This document shows, piece after piece, positions 1-14,100 of a stretch of 64,000 bases of DNA. A program made the translations under genes and the position numbers. The DNA is taken from assembly GCA_964187785.1 (NCBI GenBank), contig OZ076409.1, positions 58,530,001 through 58,594,000 on the forward strand, in the 5' to 3' direction. The DNA is from Amphiscolops sp. MND2022. Lineage: Eukaryota. The notes under the pieces were generated by a model, which searched no databases, had not been told where the DNA came from, and saw only the letters and a list, made by a program, of their open reading frames with translations. Position 1 is the first letter of the stretch, and each line of letters begins with the position of its first letter.

Positions 1-3000
1 TTGCAGTTAAAACATTTTCGTATCCTCCACTTGGGGGAAGATTCGGCAATAAGTCAATTTGCATGGCGTCTTCGGGTCCAAGGTCCCATTCCGGCAAGTT
101 AAGTAGTTCAGGCGTGATTGTTGCATTTGGGACTCGTTTGTCCTTTGCACATTGTTCACACCCTTGTACCCACTTTTTGACATGTTTCGCCATGTTGGGA
201 TAATAGTATCTCTGTCTGATCTCCTGCAGCATCTTTGAAATGCCTGGGTGCTTGTGGGCTGTCCCGTGTAGGGACTGAAGCAATTCTGGCAGCAAGTGTT
301 GCGGGAGAAGAATTTGATGGTATTTTATATTCCCAGTTTCATCAAAATATTGCCTTGTTAGTATGTCTTCCTTGATGACAATTCTTTCCAGATTATTAGC
401 GTAATGCCTGTATCGAGCATCTTGTTGCAGTATGTTTTCTGAGTACTCTTCATGAAGGAGCTTCGCTTTCAGTTGTTGCAGTACTGTATCTTTGGATTGC
501 TCAATAATTATCTGGTTCGTTTTCCTCAATCGGACCTGTATTTCAGGTTGTTGTTTGACTAAGTTAGTAGATAGAGTTTGTATTGTGATAGTAGGTTCTT
601 CAGTTACAGGGTTTTTCCTGATTGCTTCTTTCCTCGCCCAATATTGTTCTTCAGTCTCATCGTCGTCATTTGTGTAGAAGATTTGCTCTTCCTGTGAGAC
701 TCCTGCTGATTGGACGTTTATTTCTATTGGCAACGTTTGTACATCTTCTCGGATTTTCATTACTAATTTGTCCTTTGGGTCTGCTTCCAATCGGGACAAG
801 TAATCCGCTGCCGTATTCTGTGCTCCTGGGATGTGCGCAATGACAAAATTGAACTGAATTACATAGTCGCACGCATTCCACAGGGCTGGGGGTACGATTT
901 TCGTTTGGAAAAATCTTGTTACGGCTTTGTTGTCGGTTAGGATTATGACCGGTTTCGGTGCACCCCAGAAAATATGCCCAAATTCTTTAAATGCGAAGTA
1001 GATCGCGAGAAATTCTTTTGCATAAATTGACATCTTTATCTGGGCTGGGGTGAAGGTTTTTGAACCATAAGCAACCGGTGCATATGATTTGCGGATTGAC
1101 GTGAATTTCTGACTCGGGTCATCTTCAATTAGTACTGCATATCCTGCAGCACCAAAGCTTGCATCTGTCATTAGGGCAATTTGCTTGTTCGGGATGGGTT
1201 GTTGTAGGGCCAAGTCGCAGCATTTGTCTAGAGCTCGATTAATTTCCTCAAATTGTTGAACCAGTTCTTTGGACACTAGGACTTTTTCGTCACTCTTCAG
1301 CATCTTGTAGAACGGAGCAAGGCGTTCAGACAGTCTTGGGACATAATTCCGGTAGTAGTTCAAGAAACCCAAATATCTCTGTAGAGCCTTTTTCGACTTC
1401 GGAAATTTGGTTTTTTCTAGGAAATTCTGAACATTCTGCCGTTGGGGCTTGACGCCTTGTGCGGTTATTGTCCTGCCAAGGAAATCGATTTCTGTGGCAC
1501 CAAAATGGCACTTGTGCATCGTCAATTTAAGGCCTGCTTCCTGGATGCATTTGAAAGTTGCTCTCAGGTTAGCAATGAGGTGATCGGCGTCGTTGGCTGC
1601 GATGCCAATATCGTCTACATACTGTGCACATTGGTCCGCTTTTATGACTTTGTCAAGGTACTCTCTCATAAAGCTAGAGAATGCGGACAGTGCTCTATTA
1701 AGGCCTTGTGCCAGTCGTCTATATGCAAATGTGCGGCTTGCAAAGTTAAAGGCCAACATTTCGATTGAACGTTGGTCAGCCATCGGAAGGCAATGATACG
1801 CTTGTGAACAGTCTAACTTGCAAAAGAGTTTCTTGCCTGCCATGTGTTGGGCGGCATCGACTAGGGTACTGACTGGATGATTATTGTTAATATAATCATC
1901 AGAGATTAGGTTGTTGATTTTTCTCAAGTCAACCAGAAGTCTCAGTTTCCCATTCGGCTTCTTTTGTGCGAATATTGGGCTGGCGTATTTCGAGAACGGT
2001 AAGGTAGTTATTATGCCATATTTGTGGAGCATGGCTAATTCAACTAATATGTCCTCCTTTAAGTTTATCGGTGCAGGGAGGCTCTGACTATAGGCTGGGG
2101 AATCATCTTTGGGTGTCAGCTTCACTTTGAATTCCTCATTCATGCCTATGTCGAATCTATGTCTCGCAAAAATATCATGGAACTCCACTAGTAATCGTTC
2201 GATTTTCTCTTTTTCATCAGGTGTCAATGTGGAGTCTTTCCAGTCAAAGTTTTCCAGGAATTTTGTTCTAGATTCCTCGTCCTTTGTGGGATCAAGTGAT
2301 TCTAGTTCCTGTAGGGCTAGTAATTCACGGAGTATCCTTTTTTGGATTGGTGTATGTTCTTCCGGATTCCCTGGGTTCTCTGGGGTTGGGAACCAGTAGT
2401 TTTCAGTATTTTGTGGATTTTTGTTAGTCTTGATGAGACTACTGACGTAATGGGCTGCCTGCTCTTGGTCATTTTGTAGCAAATGCCAGGTTGAAGCTGG
2501 GTCTACCGGTTTAACGTATTTCATCTGTTCTGGCGTCATGACTGAGAAACTGGCAATATGGAGTCCCTTTTTGAGCTTGTAAGGGTGGTCTGTGAAATTA
2601 TTCACCGGTATCTGTATATTGCCATCATTCAAACTGACCAAGGCTGGACAGAATGTGATGTCGCCTTCTTCATGGAGAAGGTCGCTCGGTTGTAAAATCC
2701 CTGTGACCGTGTTTTCAGGGTACAATAGGGAATTGGTCCTAATTAGGACTCTGTCGTTTGGCGGAATGGTTATTTCGGTAGGGTTCAGAATTGGTTCAAG
2801 TACATTCGAGTATTTGTGATCAGCTGTTTTGAGCTGCATCGAAAAGAATGGGAAGTTCAGTATTCCTTGCCTCATGTCCAGAACTGTATGGTTTCTCTGT
2901 AGGAACATGAGTCCTATAATCGGTCCTGTCAAGTGTTCCATTACTATGAAAATTTCATGGAACTCTATGTCACCAACTTCAAATTTGAGCTCTATCGTAC

Positions 3001-3835
3001 TCTTTGGAGTTTCTAGTTGCCCATTTGCGACCATTATCTGGAAATTCGGAGGTGGACCCTCCCGGATGACTGATTGCGGCGATAGGAGCCTGATTTTCCG
3101 GAGGTCCATTTCAGGGATTGCACTGGATAAAGCACCAGTGTCAATAAGTCCATCTATGGTCAGTTCCCCAAAGTCCATAGGGAAATACAGCATGCGTTTT
3201 TTGCATTTCAAGTTTATGCTGGTGGACAGAGGAATACAGTCTGGTTCTCCTTCTCTAGTAATGAGGATGTTCTGAAATTGACTTTCATCAAGTAGTGACT
3301 GTGGTATTGTTTCTTCTGGTTTGTCTGAGGTTTCGGTCCCCAAGGGGTTTGGGAACACTGGGTGGCTTGTCCCATCATTCATCTGCCATGTTTCAATCAA
3401 TGCTCTGGTTTTCTTGTTATGGGTGATTGGTGGATTGTCGTGGACTGATCTGTTATAGAGTTCTATGTCATCGATAACGTATTGGAATTGCAACAAGTCC
3501 TGGTTGTAAAGTTCGGTATCCCAATAGGGATCTCGTCCATAGTCAGGATCTATGTAGGTAGGGTTGTAGTCGTCTACCAAGGGAATGGGCCTGAATCGGC
3601 TAGTGAAAGCAGATGTGTAATCAGGGTCCCATACAGGAATTGGTTTTTGGAGCAAATGGGTATTATTATAGGTGATAATGGTAGCTTTTTCCATCTGTTG
3701 CTGCCAGACAACAGAGGGGTAACCCTTCAATTGTTGTTGGTATTCATGGAAAGTTTTCGTCGGAGGATCCGACCTGATGTGTTGACGGACGGATATTAGT
3801 TGGTTGTATTGGAGTCGTGGCGAAGTTAGTTTTTT
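1..3835 (-). CDS. pol: pol polyprotein of copy A (protease, dUTPase-like region, RT, RNase H, N-terminal integrase), entered by -1 frameshift; runs off window edge
   Basis: Aligns with pol 46145-51253 with no net indel. Motifs seen: LIDTGA, YVDD, LMTDAS and integrase HHCC. The ORF track reports no closed ORF in this frame, consistent with an open frame to position 1. Confidence 0.9.
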
Positions 3836-5538
3836 GACTCATCTTTGTTTGATGAGGATTGGGTATTGGAGGACGTTGGTTTGTTGTGTGGTTTGGGTGC
3901 CTTGGAGTCATTGTCGGTGTCTGAAGAATCTTCAGGTCTGGTTCGTTTGGGTTTCAAGTGAGCACCTGCTCCCTGCCAACATCGCTCCTCTGGATGATTT
4001 TTCTTGCCACAAGTCCCGCATTTAGGGTACGTTTTCTTCTCCGTCGATTTGCCTTGTTGGGCATCTTTTTCTTTCTTCTTTTTGAGTTTTTCACAGTCTT
4101 TGACCATGTGGCCCTTTTCCTTGCAGTAGTTGCAAGTTATATTTGACATTTGATTAGTGGACAGAGGGGTTTTATTCTTGGAGGATGAGGAGGTCATTGT
4201 TGCCATGGGTAGGTCATCTGACTCCTCAAGGGCGTTAAGCTCTAGTTCCCTCTCCAAATGAGCAACTATTTCGTCGTAAGAGCCATTTTCTAATCTGGCC
4301 ATGTTGACTGATCGCTTGAGTTTCGGAGGCAGTTTTGCGTACAATAGGCTGTCAATCATTTTTTGTGCATGATCGCCGAATGCTTTTTCTGCCCCTTGAT
4401 TCAATTCTTCAAGGAAATCCGGTAATTTCATCGTGTTGGGATCAAAGACCAAGCGGTGCCATTTGTGCTTGGCAGTCGCTTGTGACTCGGGTTTGACGTA
4501 TTTTCGTCGGAAAATGACCAAAACGTCTTCAAGAGTCTGTCGGTTGGTCGAGTTGATATTTCTGAACGTCTGAAGAGCATTCTTCCTCAAAAGCGAGTGG
4601 AAATGGTTAATCTTCATTTGTTCAGTCATTTCTGGCTGCATCTTGATCATAGTATGAAACAGATCTTCGAACAGTTCAAATTTCTCACTTTTGCCGTCAA
4701 AGGTCATGGTATTTGAGTTGACCGGGCGTATGGTGAGTTGTTGGGCTGTTGGTCGGTTCTGCATGCTTGTCAAGACATCTGCCAGTCTAGTAATTGGATC
4801 AGATTCGGCAACCGGAGCGGGTCTTTCTTGTGCTGGGATCGTCGTGTTAAGGTTGATGTCTTCATAGGACTGGTCAAGATGATTCCGCGATAGAATCCGT
4901 CCTGTGAGAAACTCAGGAACTTGATTCGGAGATTCGTTGTCTCCTGTCACCATGTCGTAAGCATTTAAATTAATACCACCATCATTCTGATGGTCATGAT
5001 TATGCTTGCTAGCTGAACTGTCTTTGGGGTTAATATTTTGCAGTCCTTCGGAATTTATTTCCGGTCTCTCGGACGGAATGTCCCATCTGTTTTGTGTCAT
5101 GTGTCCTGACCCGGCACTAAGGGCGGATTGGATTTGTGGGAGTACTTGGTTGCTTATTGCATCACTAATTGCCCTTTGGATCTGAGAATTGACACTACAC
5201 ATCATATCATCTAACTCTCTTGATAATCTAGAGTTCAATTCACTTGACAACTTGTTAATCTCAGCACTAGAGTTGCCACCAATTGAGTTTCGACCATAAT
5301 CGGCATTATTACCAGGATCAATGTCCCTTGTGACTGAGTGCCTGTTTTCACCATTATTTCCTAGTTCATCTGCAGAGGTACTACCAGGCCTTCTACCGAA
5401 ATTGCTACTAACACTTCCGTCTCTTTCATTTCTATTAAAGTGGTTTTCCCCCAGCATTATGTCAAGGTTCTCCAAGTCAGAAAGCATCTCAATTCCTCTA
5501 GACTTTCTAGCTTTCTTTTGTTTCCTTGTAGTAGGCAT
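3826..5538 (-). CDS. gag: gag of copy A (two CCHC zinc knuckles); starts inside the 5' LTR
   Basis: The ATG at 5538 (MPTTRKQKKARK) matches the gag start of copy B. Knuckles are CNYCKEKGHMVKDC and CGTCGKKNHPEERC. Confidence 0.93.
   Translation of the reverse strand: MPTTRKQKKARKSRGIEMLSDLENLDIMLGENHFNRNERDGSVSSNFGRRPGSTSADELGNNGENRHSVTRDIDPGNNADYGRNSIGGNSSAEINKLSSELNSRLSRELDDMMCSVNSQIQRAISDAISNQVLPQIQSALSAGSGHMTQNRWDIPSERPEINSEGLQNINPKDSSASKHNHDHQNDGGINLNAYDMVTGDNESPNQVPEFLTGRILSRNHLDQSYEDINLNTTIPAQERPAPVAESDPITRLADVLTSMQNRPTAQQLTIRPVNSNTMTFDGKSEKFELFEDLFHTMIKMQPEMTEQMKINHFHSLLRKNALQTFRNINSTNRQTLEDVLVIFRRKYVKPESQATAKHKWHRLVFDPNTMKLPDFLEELNQGAEKAFGDHAQKMIDSLLYAKLPPKLKRSVNMARLENGSYDEIVAHLERELELNALEESDDLPMATMTSSSSKNKTPLSTNQMSNITCNYCKEKGHMVKDCEKLKKKKEKDAQQGKSTEKKTYPKCGTCGKKNHPEERCWQGAGAHLKPKRTRPEDSSDTDNDSKAPKPHNKPTSSNTQSSSNKDESKN
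4941..4952 (-). other. primer binding site of copy A (TGGTGACAGGAG)
   Basis: It abuts the LTR end, begins with TGG (complement of tRNA CCA) and is identical in copy B. The primer tRNA is not determined; Leu is a guess. Confidence 0.85.
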
Positions 5539-6726
5539 CAAGATTTCAAGGTTGAATATTTTATTTGGTAATCTAGTTTTGCAATCTATAAATGCGAAAC
5601 AAATCAACTGATCTGAACAATCGGTATGGAATTAATAATCACCTCAAGGAAACATTGCTATATATACCCTTACAAGTGTGATCAAATTCCATTTGTAAAC
5701 GACAAATTCCTTAATGGTCATGAGGACCGACATACAGCTAGTTAGCACCTCAAAGACTTTCAGGAATTCGTCCTAGTAAGGTCAAATGTTATTCCAAACA
5801 TCACGTGGTTATAGGTGTGACAGGCGGCGTGCCCAACTTACATTGACCGTGAGTTAACATCAAACAAATAACTAACGTACTTAACATCAATACAAATAAC
5901 AAAAATGTTAACAATGCACTGTTCATTGCATTCCTTATTACAAGGTGTTGAGACAGCACGTGCTACCACGTGGCTTGCCATGTGCCGTCTAATTCCCGTA
6001 TCAAATTGAATAAATCATGATCAACAAACGCAGCAGTGACATTGGTGCAAGTTATTTTCACGAGGCCGAAACTGGCCATGTCCGGGGTTTCAGTCTTGCA
6101 CTGGGAAAAGGTGGGGGGGGCTTCATTCCAACTGCAATTATTATTATGCTCATTTCTCACATTTAAGCAGAGGGGGAGTATAATTATAGCATCAACAAGT
6201 GGACTAAAGTGAATTTGAAATAATAGGTCCGGTTATTACTATCAAAGCAACGTCAATTAACTATTTGTACAAAATGGCCGGAACCGGCCGTTTGACCAAG
6301 TAATACAGCACAGCAAGCGTTATTTAGGAAATAGGCCTAATTAGGCCATGATAGCAACAAAGCTAATATAGCACAACAAATACAGCGCTCTGATTGGATA
6401 AGACAATGCGCTCAAGTGACGCTTTTGGATCAGCGCTTAGCATCACTTGAACACGTTTCCTATACTGCCTTACAGTTGCTTTATATTACATTGCTCTGCT
6501 GTAATTGCATTCAACACATTTGCAACATAAAACATCCCAATTTGGACAATTCCAAATTGTATTTAACAGACTAATATTCAGTTTGGATAAATAAACTAAA
6601 ATAGTTAAAGCGAGTCTTGGCAATTGCAGTTTTGAGTTTAATAAATGGGTAATGTACCTGGGGTAATTTCTTGTCCGTATCCCGAGGTCGTATAGTTGTT
6701 GCCATCACAGGCGGCAGCCTGCGACA
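4953..6726 (-). repeat. 5' LTR of copy A (1774 bp)
   Basis: Termini are TGTCGCAGGC...GCTTACGACA, as in the copy B LTRs, and the PBS follows directly. The interior has diverged from copy B except for conserved blocks. Confidence 0.9.
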
Positions 6727-8109
6727 ATACTTGAATTCAAACATTTAATAGTTTGAAGTAAACGTTTTTCAACGAAACAGCGATTTTGAAATTAGCGGTT
6801 TAACGATTAGCGAAAAAATTAACGATGTCAAAACACTGATCTCAACGTCCGACACAAATTCAAACTTTTTATTAACAACTATGTTTAGATATAGATCAGT
6901 GGAAAAACTAAGTCAGAGTTTTTTTTTAATTCTGAACGTTCTTTTCCAATTAGGAATGTACTAATTGTAATCGGCTTAGAAAAGGAGCGCCTTTTATCGC
7001 ACAACCAATTTGCTCCCTCAAAATGTCTGTAAATTTAGTTTTGCAAAAAACTTGGTTTTTCGGGTACTCATTGTTGATTCAATAGAGGCTGCATTTCTTC
7101 CATGATAGTATCGTAATGCTTATGTTTTAATAAATTAGACCAAACTCTGGCAAAACATGCAAATTGTTACCAAAACTAAAAGGTCTTTTAACTTGTTAAG
7201 TATGTTAAATTTCCACCGGAGGAACTAAATTTGTCTGAAATGATGGCACAAAATTCGATTCAGACTTTGCACACTTTAACAAATTAACTGAAATGTTTGT
7301 TTAGAATAAATCCCTGGAATATCTATAAACTATTGGTTGCTATTTATGCTAAAACTTGAGCGTTTACTAGGTTTGAGGAAACTAAAAACAAAAGTGTTCA
7401 AAACAAGTGTTATACAACCCCGCATCGCTTCAGGAGCTTGTATTTTAACTTTTCCCAATGCCAGTAAACGTTTAAATTAAAACAAAACAAGTAAGCGATA
7501 GTAATGGAGTTAATTTTAAAAACCTTGAAAGCATAAACAAGGTTGTATAGAGACAGGCATTTATTACCAGCGAAATGTTTTGAGGAACAATTTTGGCAGA
7601 TATTTTCAAAAAGCCCTCCAGTTCGTATTTCCCTAAATTCCATTGAGCTATAGCTTTGCAAAGTATAGATTTCAAAACTTTTCTGAAATTTCAAATAGAC
7701 GTTACTTAAAATCTAAGGCAGTCTAAGTTTTGAATCTTTGACTGGTAGCCCAATTATCAATAGAACGGACAAACGTTGAGCAAACACATTTTAAGGAAGA
7801 ACAGCACATTTTCTGCACATGCAAGCATTTTACAAGCAAAGATAGTTAGAAAAAAGAAAGTTACTGTAAATGGCTCATTTATAATTGTCGTATTAATTTT
7901 TAAAAAAGTGGCTTCTACTATAACGCAGACACAGTCAATGCAGCTTTTAATCAGGGCTTGTGGGTTACTTTTAACCTTTTGAATAAACTCAGTGGCTTCT
8001 ACACGGCATCGAAACTGTTAACGAAGTGAGGCTATTTCTTTTTTACTAATGCGGCTTTTATTTTGCAATACTCGGCATGTATATGAATGCAAATTCTTAG
8101 GAGTTTACA

Positions 8110-11100
8110 CTACGTGCCTCGTGGAATGTGGGTGATCATGGGGAACTCTGTGTTGTGGGGCAAAGTGTTGTGCGTGTGCATGCCTGCTTCGGAGATGGTG
8201 TTACCTCTTCGGAGGAACCAATGGCGGATGACCACGTAGACACACAAGGCCAGCAACATGATCCACACCAAACCCCCCAGCACCGCCACGAACCGAGAGT
8301 CCCGCATCCAGCTCATGTTGCTCGGACGGGTGACACCTGAACAACAAAGGTCAACGCTCACACCTTTTACAATAGTTTCCGTTTTCCATTTGTCGCCTTT
8401 GAAACGACCATCATCTATGCTGATTTTCTGTAGGACCTACTTTTTGTATTCAAAGTACCACTTTTAAGCAAGACGCCGCGTTGAAACAGGATATTGTTGA
8501 AACCATGAGAGATATTGCATCTCATTGAAAAGTTTTTTTCGGAGAAACATTACTCAAAAGTTCTGCGGGAAAAACTCTTAGTTGCCCAAAACAACTGATT
8601 TGTTTGTTTGTGGCGCAGATTTGTCGGTTTCCGGGGGCCTTTTACTCTTGGAGGTCTTTTCTTGTCCAAATTGTAAATATCATTTAATACCTCCGATTTC
8701 TCTAACAGACCGGATAATTTTCAATTCCTGTTATCGTGTTATCCTTAAAGTCATTCAATCAGTTTCAATCAACCAATTTCGATTAGGTTGGCATCGAATT
8801 AAATCCTTTCGTAAATACTGGCGAATAATATCAAAAATAAAAGCAAGATTGACTGGTGTTTAATGTGCATAGTACTGACATTACCTATTGCAACAGAGTA
8901 GGCCTCGCTGAAAACGCCAATTCCCCGTGAAGTTCTTGCGGCCACTTTGATCGACACTCTTCCCTTTGTGAGGGGTAGTCTGACTTTTTGGCTGGTCACG
9001 TTTGGAGATACGGACATGTTGAGCAAAACGTCTATTTGCTGCTCTAAGATAAGTTCACACACTAGTTGAAACCCCGCCAAGGCTCCATTCAGCCCCTCTT
9101 TGCTGGGGGCGCTCCATTGTACCTCAAAGATGTGGCTGAAACAGGAGAAATATTGAATTAACATACATTAAATTAGCAAATGTAACTGCATTATGTGGAG
9201 CCGGGAAGGCTTCAAATTGAATTTGCACGTTCGCGGGTTCGAATTAAGTCAGTTAGTTCACAGTTTGGTTGGCAAAGAGGTTGCCAGTAACTAGAAAAGG
9301 AAGGGACTTACTCCTGACGTTCTGTAACCGATACTGCCTCTGGCGGCTGCGAAGGGATTTCCTCTCCCGTAATAAAATCCGCGCTTACGGGTGAAGACGT
9401 CTTGCTGTTGGCCTGAAAAGAAAAGTCTTGCCTTATATGGAAATCCGAGACTGCTTTATTTGCCTCTGTGAGCAAATTCGTCATTGATTGGCAATTTATA
9501 ACCAAATTTATTACAAGAGTCCCCCAAAATTACTTACAAAAAAGAAAATGGTGTATTTTGTGAAAGGGATCAGATTATGGATTGTGTATGAACGGAATCG
9601 ATAGTCCCGGATTTTAATCTCCTTGCAAGCCATCCCGAATTTTTCCTGGCTGTCCAAATTGACCCAGTTAGAGGAATCTGCAGACAATTCTTCATTCATG
9701 AACTTTGACATCGGGTCATCGGAGCTAAGACACAGGTTCATTTTGTAAGCGTCTGTGAAACTATACTCGTCTCCGATAATCTGAAAATACAACAACTTTT
9801 GCCAACTTATGCCATTAGAAGTATTTGCAACAATTCTCAAAATTGCAAGTAAGGTTTGACTATTTTTCAAAAAAAATAGCCGCTTTAGAGCAAGAGCGAC
9901 ATTTTTGGTTTCTCTTGACAAAAGAAAGGCCACGCTTCTATATATAGCCGCAAATGTGCAGCTGATGAAAAATCACAGCCGCGGCCGGCTATTTTTAGAA
10001 AGAATTCAGTATTTATTGAGAGATTTTGATAGTTTTTATAAAATTATACTCACCCTCCATGTAACTATGGCGAATCTGGAAAACTTTGAGATGACTCTGA
10101 GAGCAATTTCCGGTTTGGTTGATAAAGATTTCTCCAAAACATTTGCTAAAACAAATACCACAAATCAGAAAAAAATTCCAGTAGTATTACAAACGAGATT
10201 TTTTTGGAAATTTCCGAGCGAGTCACTCACGCAAAGTTTTAATCGCATGTGGAGTCATGCTCAGGGGGCCAAACCCATGTTCGTTCTGGGCCCTGACAGT
10301 GAACATGTACTCCGTGTTAGGGGACAGTTCGCTGATTGTGACAGAATCAGCTTTGGTGGATGCAACAGCTACTGACCATTTCCATCCAGATCTGACACCA
10401 ATTCTGGAACAAGAAAGCCAGATTAGTTTTCAACTGGAACAACTTTACTACAGAAAACAAGATTGAAAATGTGTCACAAACGTATGCCAGGAAGGCATTT
10501 TAATTTTATTAAATGTAATGAAAATTTGAAAAGATTTCAGTTTTTCGCCAAGAACAATTTTTCGAGCTTTTTCACTCCAGCAGATTCTAAGGCAGTTAAA
10601 GAAGCAAATATGTGGAAAAAGGATGCCATAAAATAATTTCAAAAGACCCGAAAAAACGTGATGAGGCATAGACACGGTTTTGAAGGTGGAAAATGAAAAG
10701 GAATTTCCAGTGACACAAAGTCAGCTCAATGTCTTATCTCATTATTTTCACGGGTAATTTGAGACTTTTATACAAAAATTCAAAGCTTCCATTTTTCTGA
10801 AGCAGACAGATATTTGCAAAAAGGAAATATCCTTTGTAAGATACCTTCTGTCAAAATACAAGAGGTCAGCTTACAATCTAGAAAAAATACAATCCAAAAA
10901 TGAAAATAATAAAATCCAATTATATTTGAGAACTAGCGTTTATTAAAAGCCTCCCAGAACGAAATAACTTCCCGGAAAAAATATGAAAATAGATCTTTCA
11001 TCAAATTATTCTAATTCTGTCATAATGTCGGAACAGTCCTTCCGTATGTTCATAAAATCGGATTCCACTAATTGGCAATTATGAAAAAACTTAGTTTTCG

Positions 11101-14100
11101 AGCCGTTTTGACCTTTTTGTCGATTTAAAAAATGTAGGAAAGAAAGAAATGCCAGCATTATGAGGTCTCGAATTTAGGCTGAGTGAAAATTGGTGTAGTA
11201 TGACGTAATAGGACATACGATGACGTAATGTGAGTGACTCACCCATAATATTCCACCCTGTAGGTACAGTTGAGGCAGACTCGATAATTTTCCATCATCC
11301 AGGATAACTTCACACTCGACTTATCCACCCAATTAGCAAACACAACCTCGGGTTTAGGGGGGAGACCTTGAAAGTATTCCTGGTCAGAAGACGGCTTGTC
11401 TGTGGAGTCTAAACAATTTAATAACCTACTTTGTTATTACAACTCACTTTTCAATAAATTGTTTTTAGACGAATTATATACTTCATCCATCTAGTTGAGA
11501 TGAAATTTCCCCATTTTTCCTAACCTTTTCGGTAAAAGTGCATATTAAAAATGTACAGCTTTCAAAAACCGTGCGACTATAATTGCCTTGAAAAGTATGA
11601 GCCGTGACTCAACACCTTATAAAAATTTGATTAAACTCGAGTTGTTTACCGCCCGGAGCTTGAGGGCAAAACATAATTTATGATGCGGTTTATAAAGCCT
11701 GATGATAACACGAAATTCCCCAGACGAGGCAGAACTGATACTTAAGTGGAATTTCCCCGAGGCTACAAAATTATATAATAACCAAGCGAGAAGCGAGTAT
11801 TATGTTGAATTATTGCATCATTTTTGCAACGGAATGTATAATGGGTTCGTTGATTACAAAAGGGGCATGTCTGATTAAGAAGGTGATAATAGATGGGTAT
11901 GTTATATCAGCGATGCATACCTGAGTTTTCATCTTGTTTTCCATTGCGCAATACTGATAAATAGGAGGTCCAAGAGCTTTCTCCGGAGGTGCTTGAAACC
12001 AGACAAGTGTAGGATCCAGCATCCTCTATGGCGACATTTGAGATGGTCAGATCTCCGCTGCTGTGAAGAGTTAATCTGCAAAGAACAAATTATGAAAACT
12101 ATCTCGAATTTTGATGAGAAATATTTTTCGATTGTAACAGCACAGGAATGAAAATTAGCCGAGGTAAACAACAAGATTTCAAAATCTAAAATTATGAGCA
12201 AAATCAAATTTTTACCCTAATTCAATAGCTTATGATTGTTTGTTGATAATTTTCTTGTCGAAAGAAAACTTGACATCGAAGCATACGGGCAGCTTTTTTG
12301 GAGCCTATAATTTTTGACGCGCAATTCCACTATTTTTTTCACTTCTTTGGAAATTACAGACTCGCTGATTTTGAGTTTCCTCGAAAGTTTCCAATAGACA
12401 AACTTGCCTTACAATAAGTTATTCACAGAACTCGCCGTAAGTAAAATACAAAATGGGATGGAATTTATTTATGCTCAGAATTGAAAAAAGATGTGCAAAT
12501 TTTGTTTCATTTCCCCTAATATGATGGATGCTGTAAATGCAGGCGAAACGCAAAGCGGAGCAACGTGCCACTAAATACTAAATGACAAGACAGAGGTTTT
12601 ATTGAAGGTAGGAGGGTCATATAATAAATTGGGGTAATTAAAACTATATAAAACTAACAACATTCGGTTCTGTACAATTCTAAATATTTACACTCATTGT
12701 TTCTTAGTATTTAGAATCAAGACCGTCAAACCAGCCACCTATACTTGCAACACTATAGACCATCTGTATCAGTCTAATACAGTCTCGGAATGTTGCCCAA
12801 CCTTGGGTTTGAGTGGGATGACAACTTCTTGTTGAGGTCTTTGATCCAGCTGATGGAGGGCAGGTCGAAGCCAGTTGCCCGGCACCTCAGAGTGACATTA
12901 CCCCCCGGGGCGACACTCTCGTTTCTCGGCACCTGTAGGAGAAGAGGGGGCGTGTAGCTGCTGGCTGCTCTGACCTGCAAACAGAAAAGCCAAAATTATT
13001 ACCTTTCCAGTTTCCTTTATTCTACAAATCCGATTATTTCTCAAAGCAGGTAATTATTACTCTCAAAGCGTATTCTTCACAACAATTCATGACAATAATC
13101 TCATATTGTGTTGAAAAAAATCATTTCCGATTTAGCCTGAAAATGTTGAAATTCATCATGTCATTATTGACAAAAGCAAAAGAGAACTAAAGTTTCTTTC
13201 AAGGGAATAAATTGAAAATGTATCGGGGATTTGCTGTATTGCATACCGCGGCTTTCGTTTGTGAAACAACAAAGATTGAAAGTAAATTTGAGAAAGAGCA
13301 AGACTAAGTCTTCGAAAGCTTCTATGGTTTTATCTGCTTTTCACGGTAGATCTTTTGCAAATACGCAAACTGGTTTTGCAACAATTTTTTCACAGCAAAC
13401 AGCCAATTTTACTCATATTGTTCATTTCACGTTTTTATTCACCCTTGAAGCCTTACCTGAAGAGTAGCTGATTGCGTCTGCTGTTGGGTAGTATGCATCA
13501 TGGCTGTGCATTCATACACACCACTGTCCTGCATGGTCAGACTGGTGATGACCAGGGTGCCATTCTTCTCCACCCAAATGCGCCCCTCCTCCCCCTGAAT
13601 GTTGTCGTACTTCTGCCCCGGCATCAGGGATAACTGAAATTACATTATAATAATTCATCCATTCATATAGCACCAATAAATGCTCTCAAACAAGACATTA
13701 TTTTTGTCATTTTTATGAAACCTTTTTTTAGTCATAAAAAACTCCCAAGTGGAATCGAAGGAATTACAATAGATAGACAATTTTGTCTGCCGAGTATTTT
13801 ATGCTTTTTTGATTTTTCCCAATAAAAACTTCAAATAAACTGTGTGTAGACTTTAATTTTTTCCTCTTTTTTTCTGATGATTGAAGAATGTTTAGTGAAA
13901 ACTGATTCAATTTTTTATTTGGCTTTCTTTGATGTTCAAAATTTTGAAAAGCTGTTTTTCATCAATCAAATTGACTGACAATCAGACAATCAAGAATAGC
14001 ATAAGATTTATTTTTCCTTTTCTATCAAAGAATCATTTTGTTCTGACAAAATCTGACGAAATGTTAAACAGCTATCTATTATCATTATATGAACTTGAAA

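Larger units (their letters stand above)
1..6726 (-). mobile_element. Ty3/Gypsy LTR retrotransposon copy A (5' LTR, PBS, gag, pol; truncated by left window edge)
   Basis: Colinear with the full element at 38041-54270. The pol offset is 47523 nt both at position 1 and at the pol 5' end. It has the same LTR termini (TGTCG...CGACA), the same PBS and the same gag-pol slippery site. Right flank ATACT (6727-6731) is the candidate TSD; its partner lies outside the window. Confidence 0.95.

Noticed and set aside
492..4146. + strand ORFs over gag/pol (likewise 48260-52653)
   Set aside because: These are antisense shadows of coding sequence. Their similarity between copies follows from pol conservation.
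9225..9250. GGTTCGAAT B-box-like motif as a tRNA or SINE
   Set aside because: No cloverleaf or matching A-box was found. It lies in a short Robo intron.
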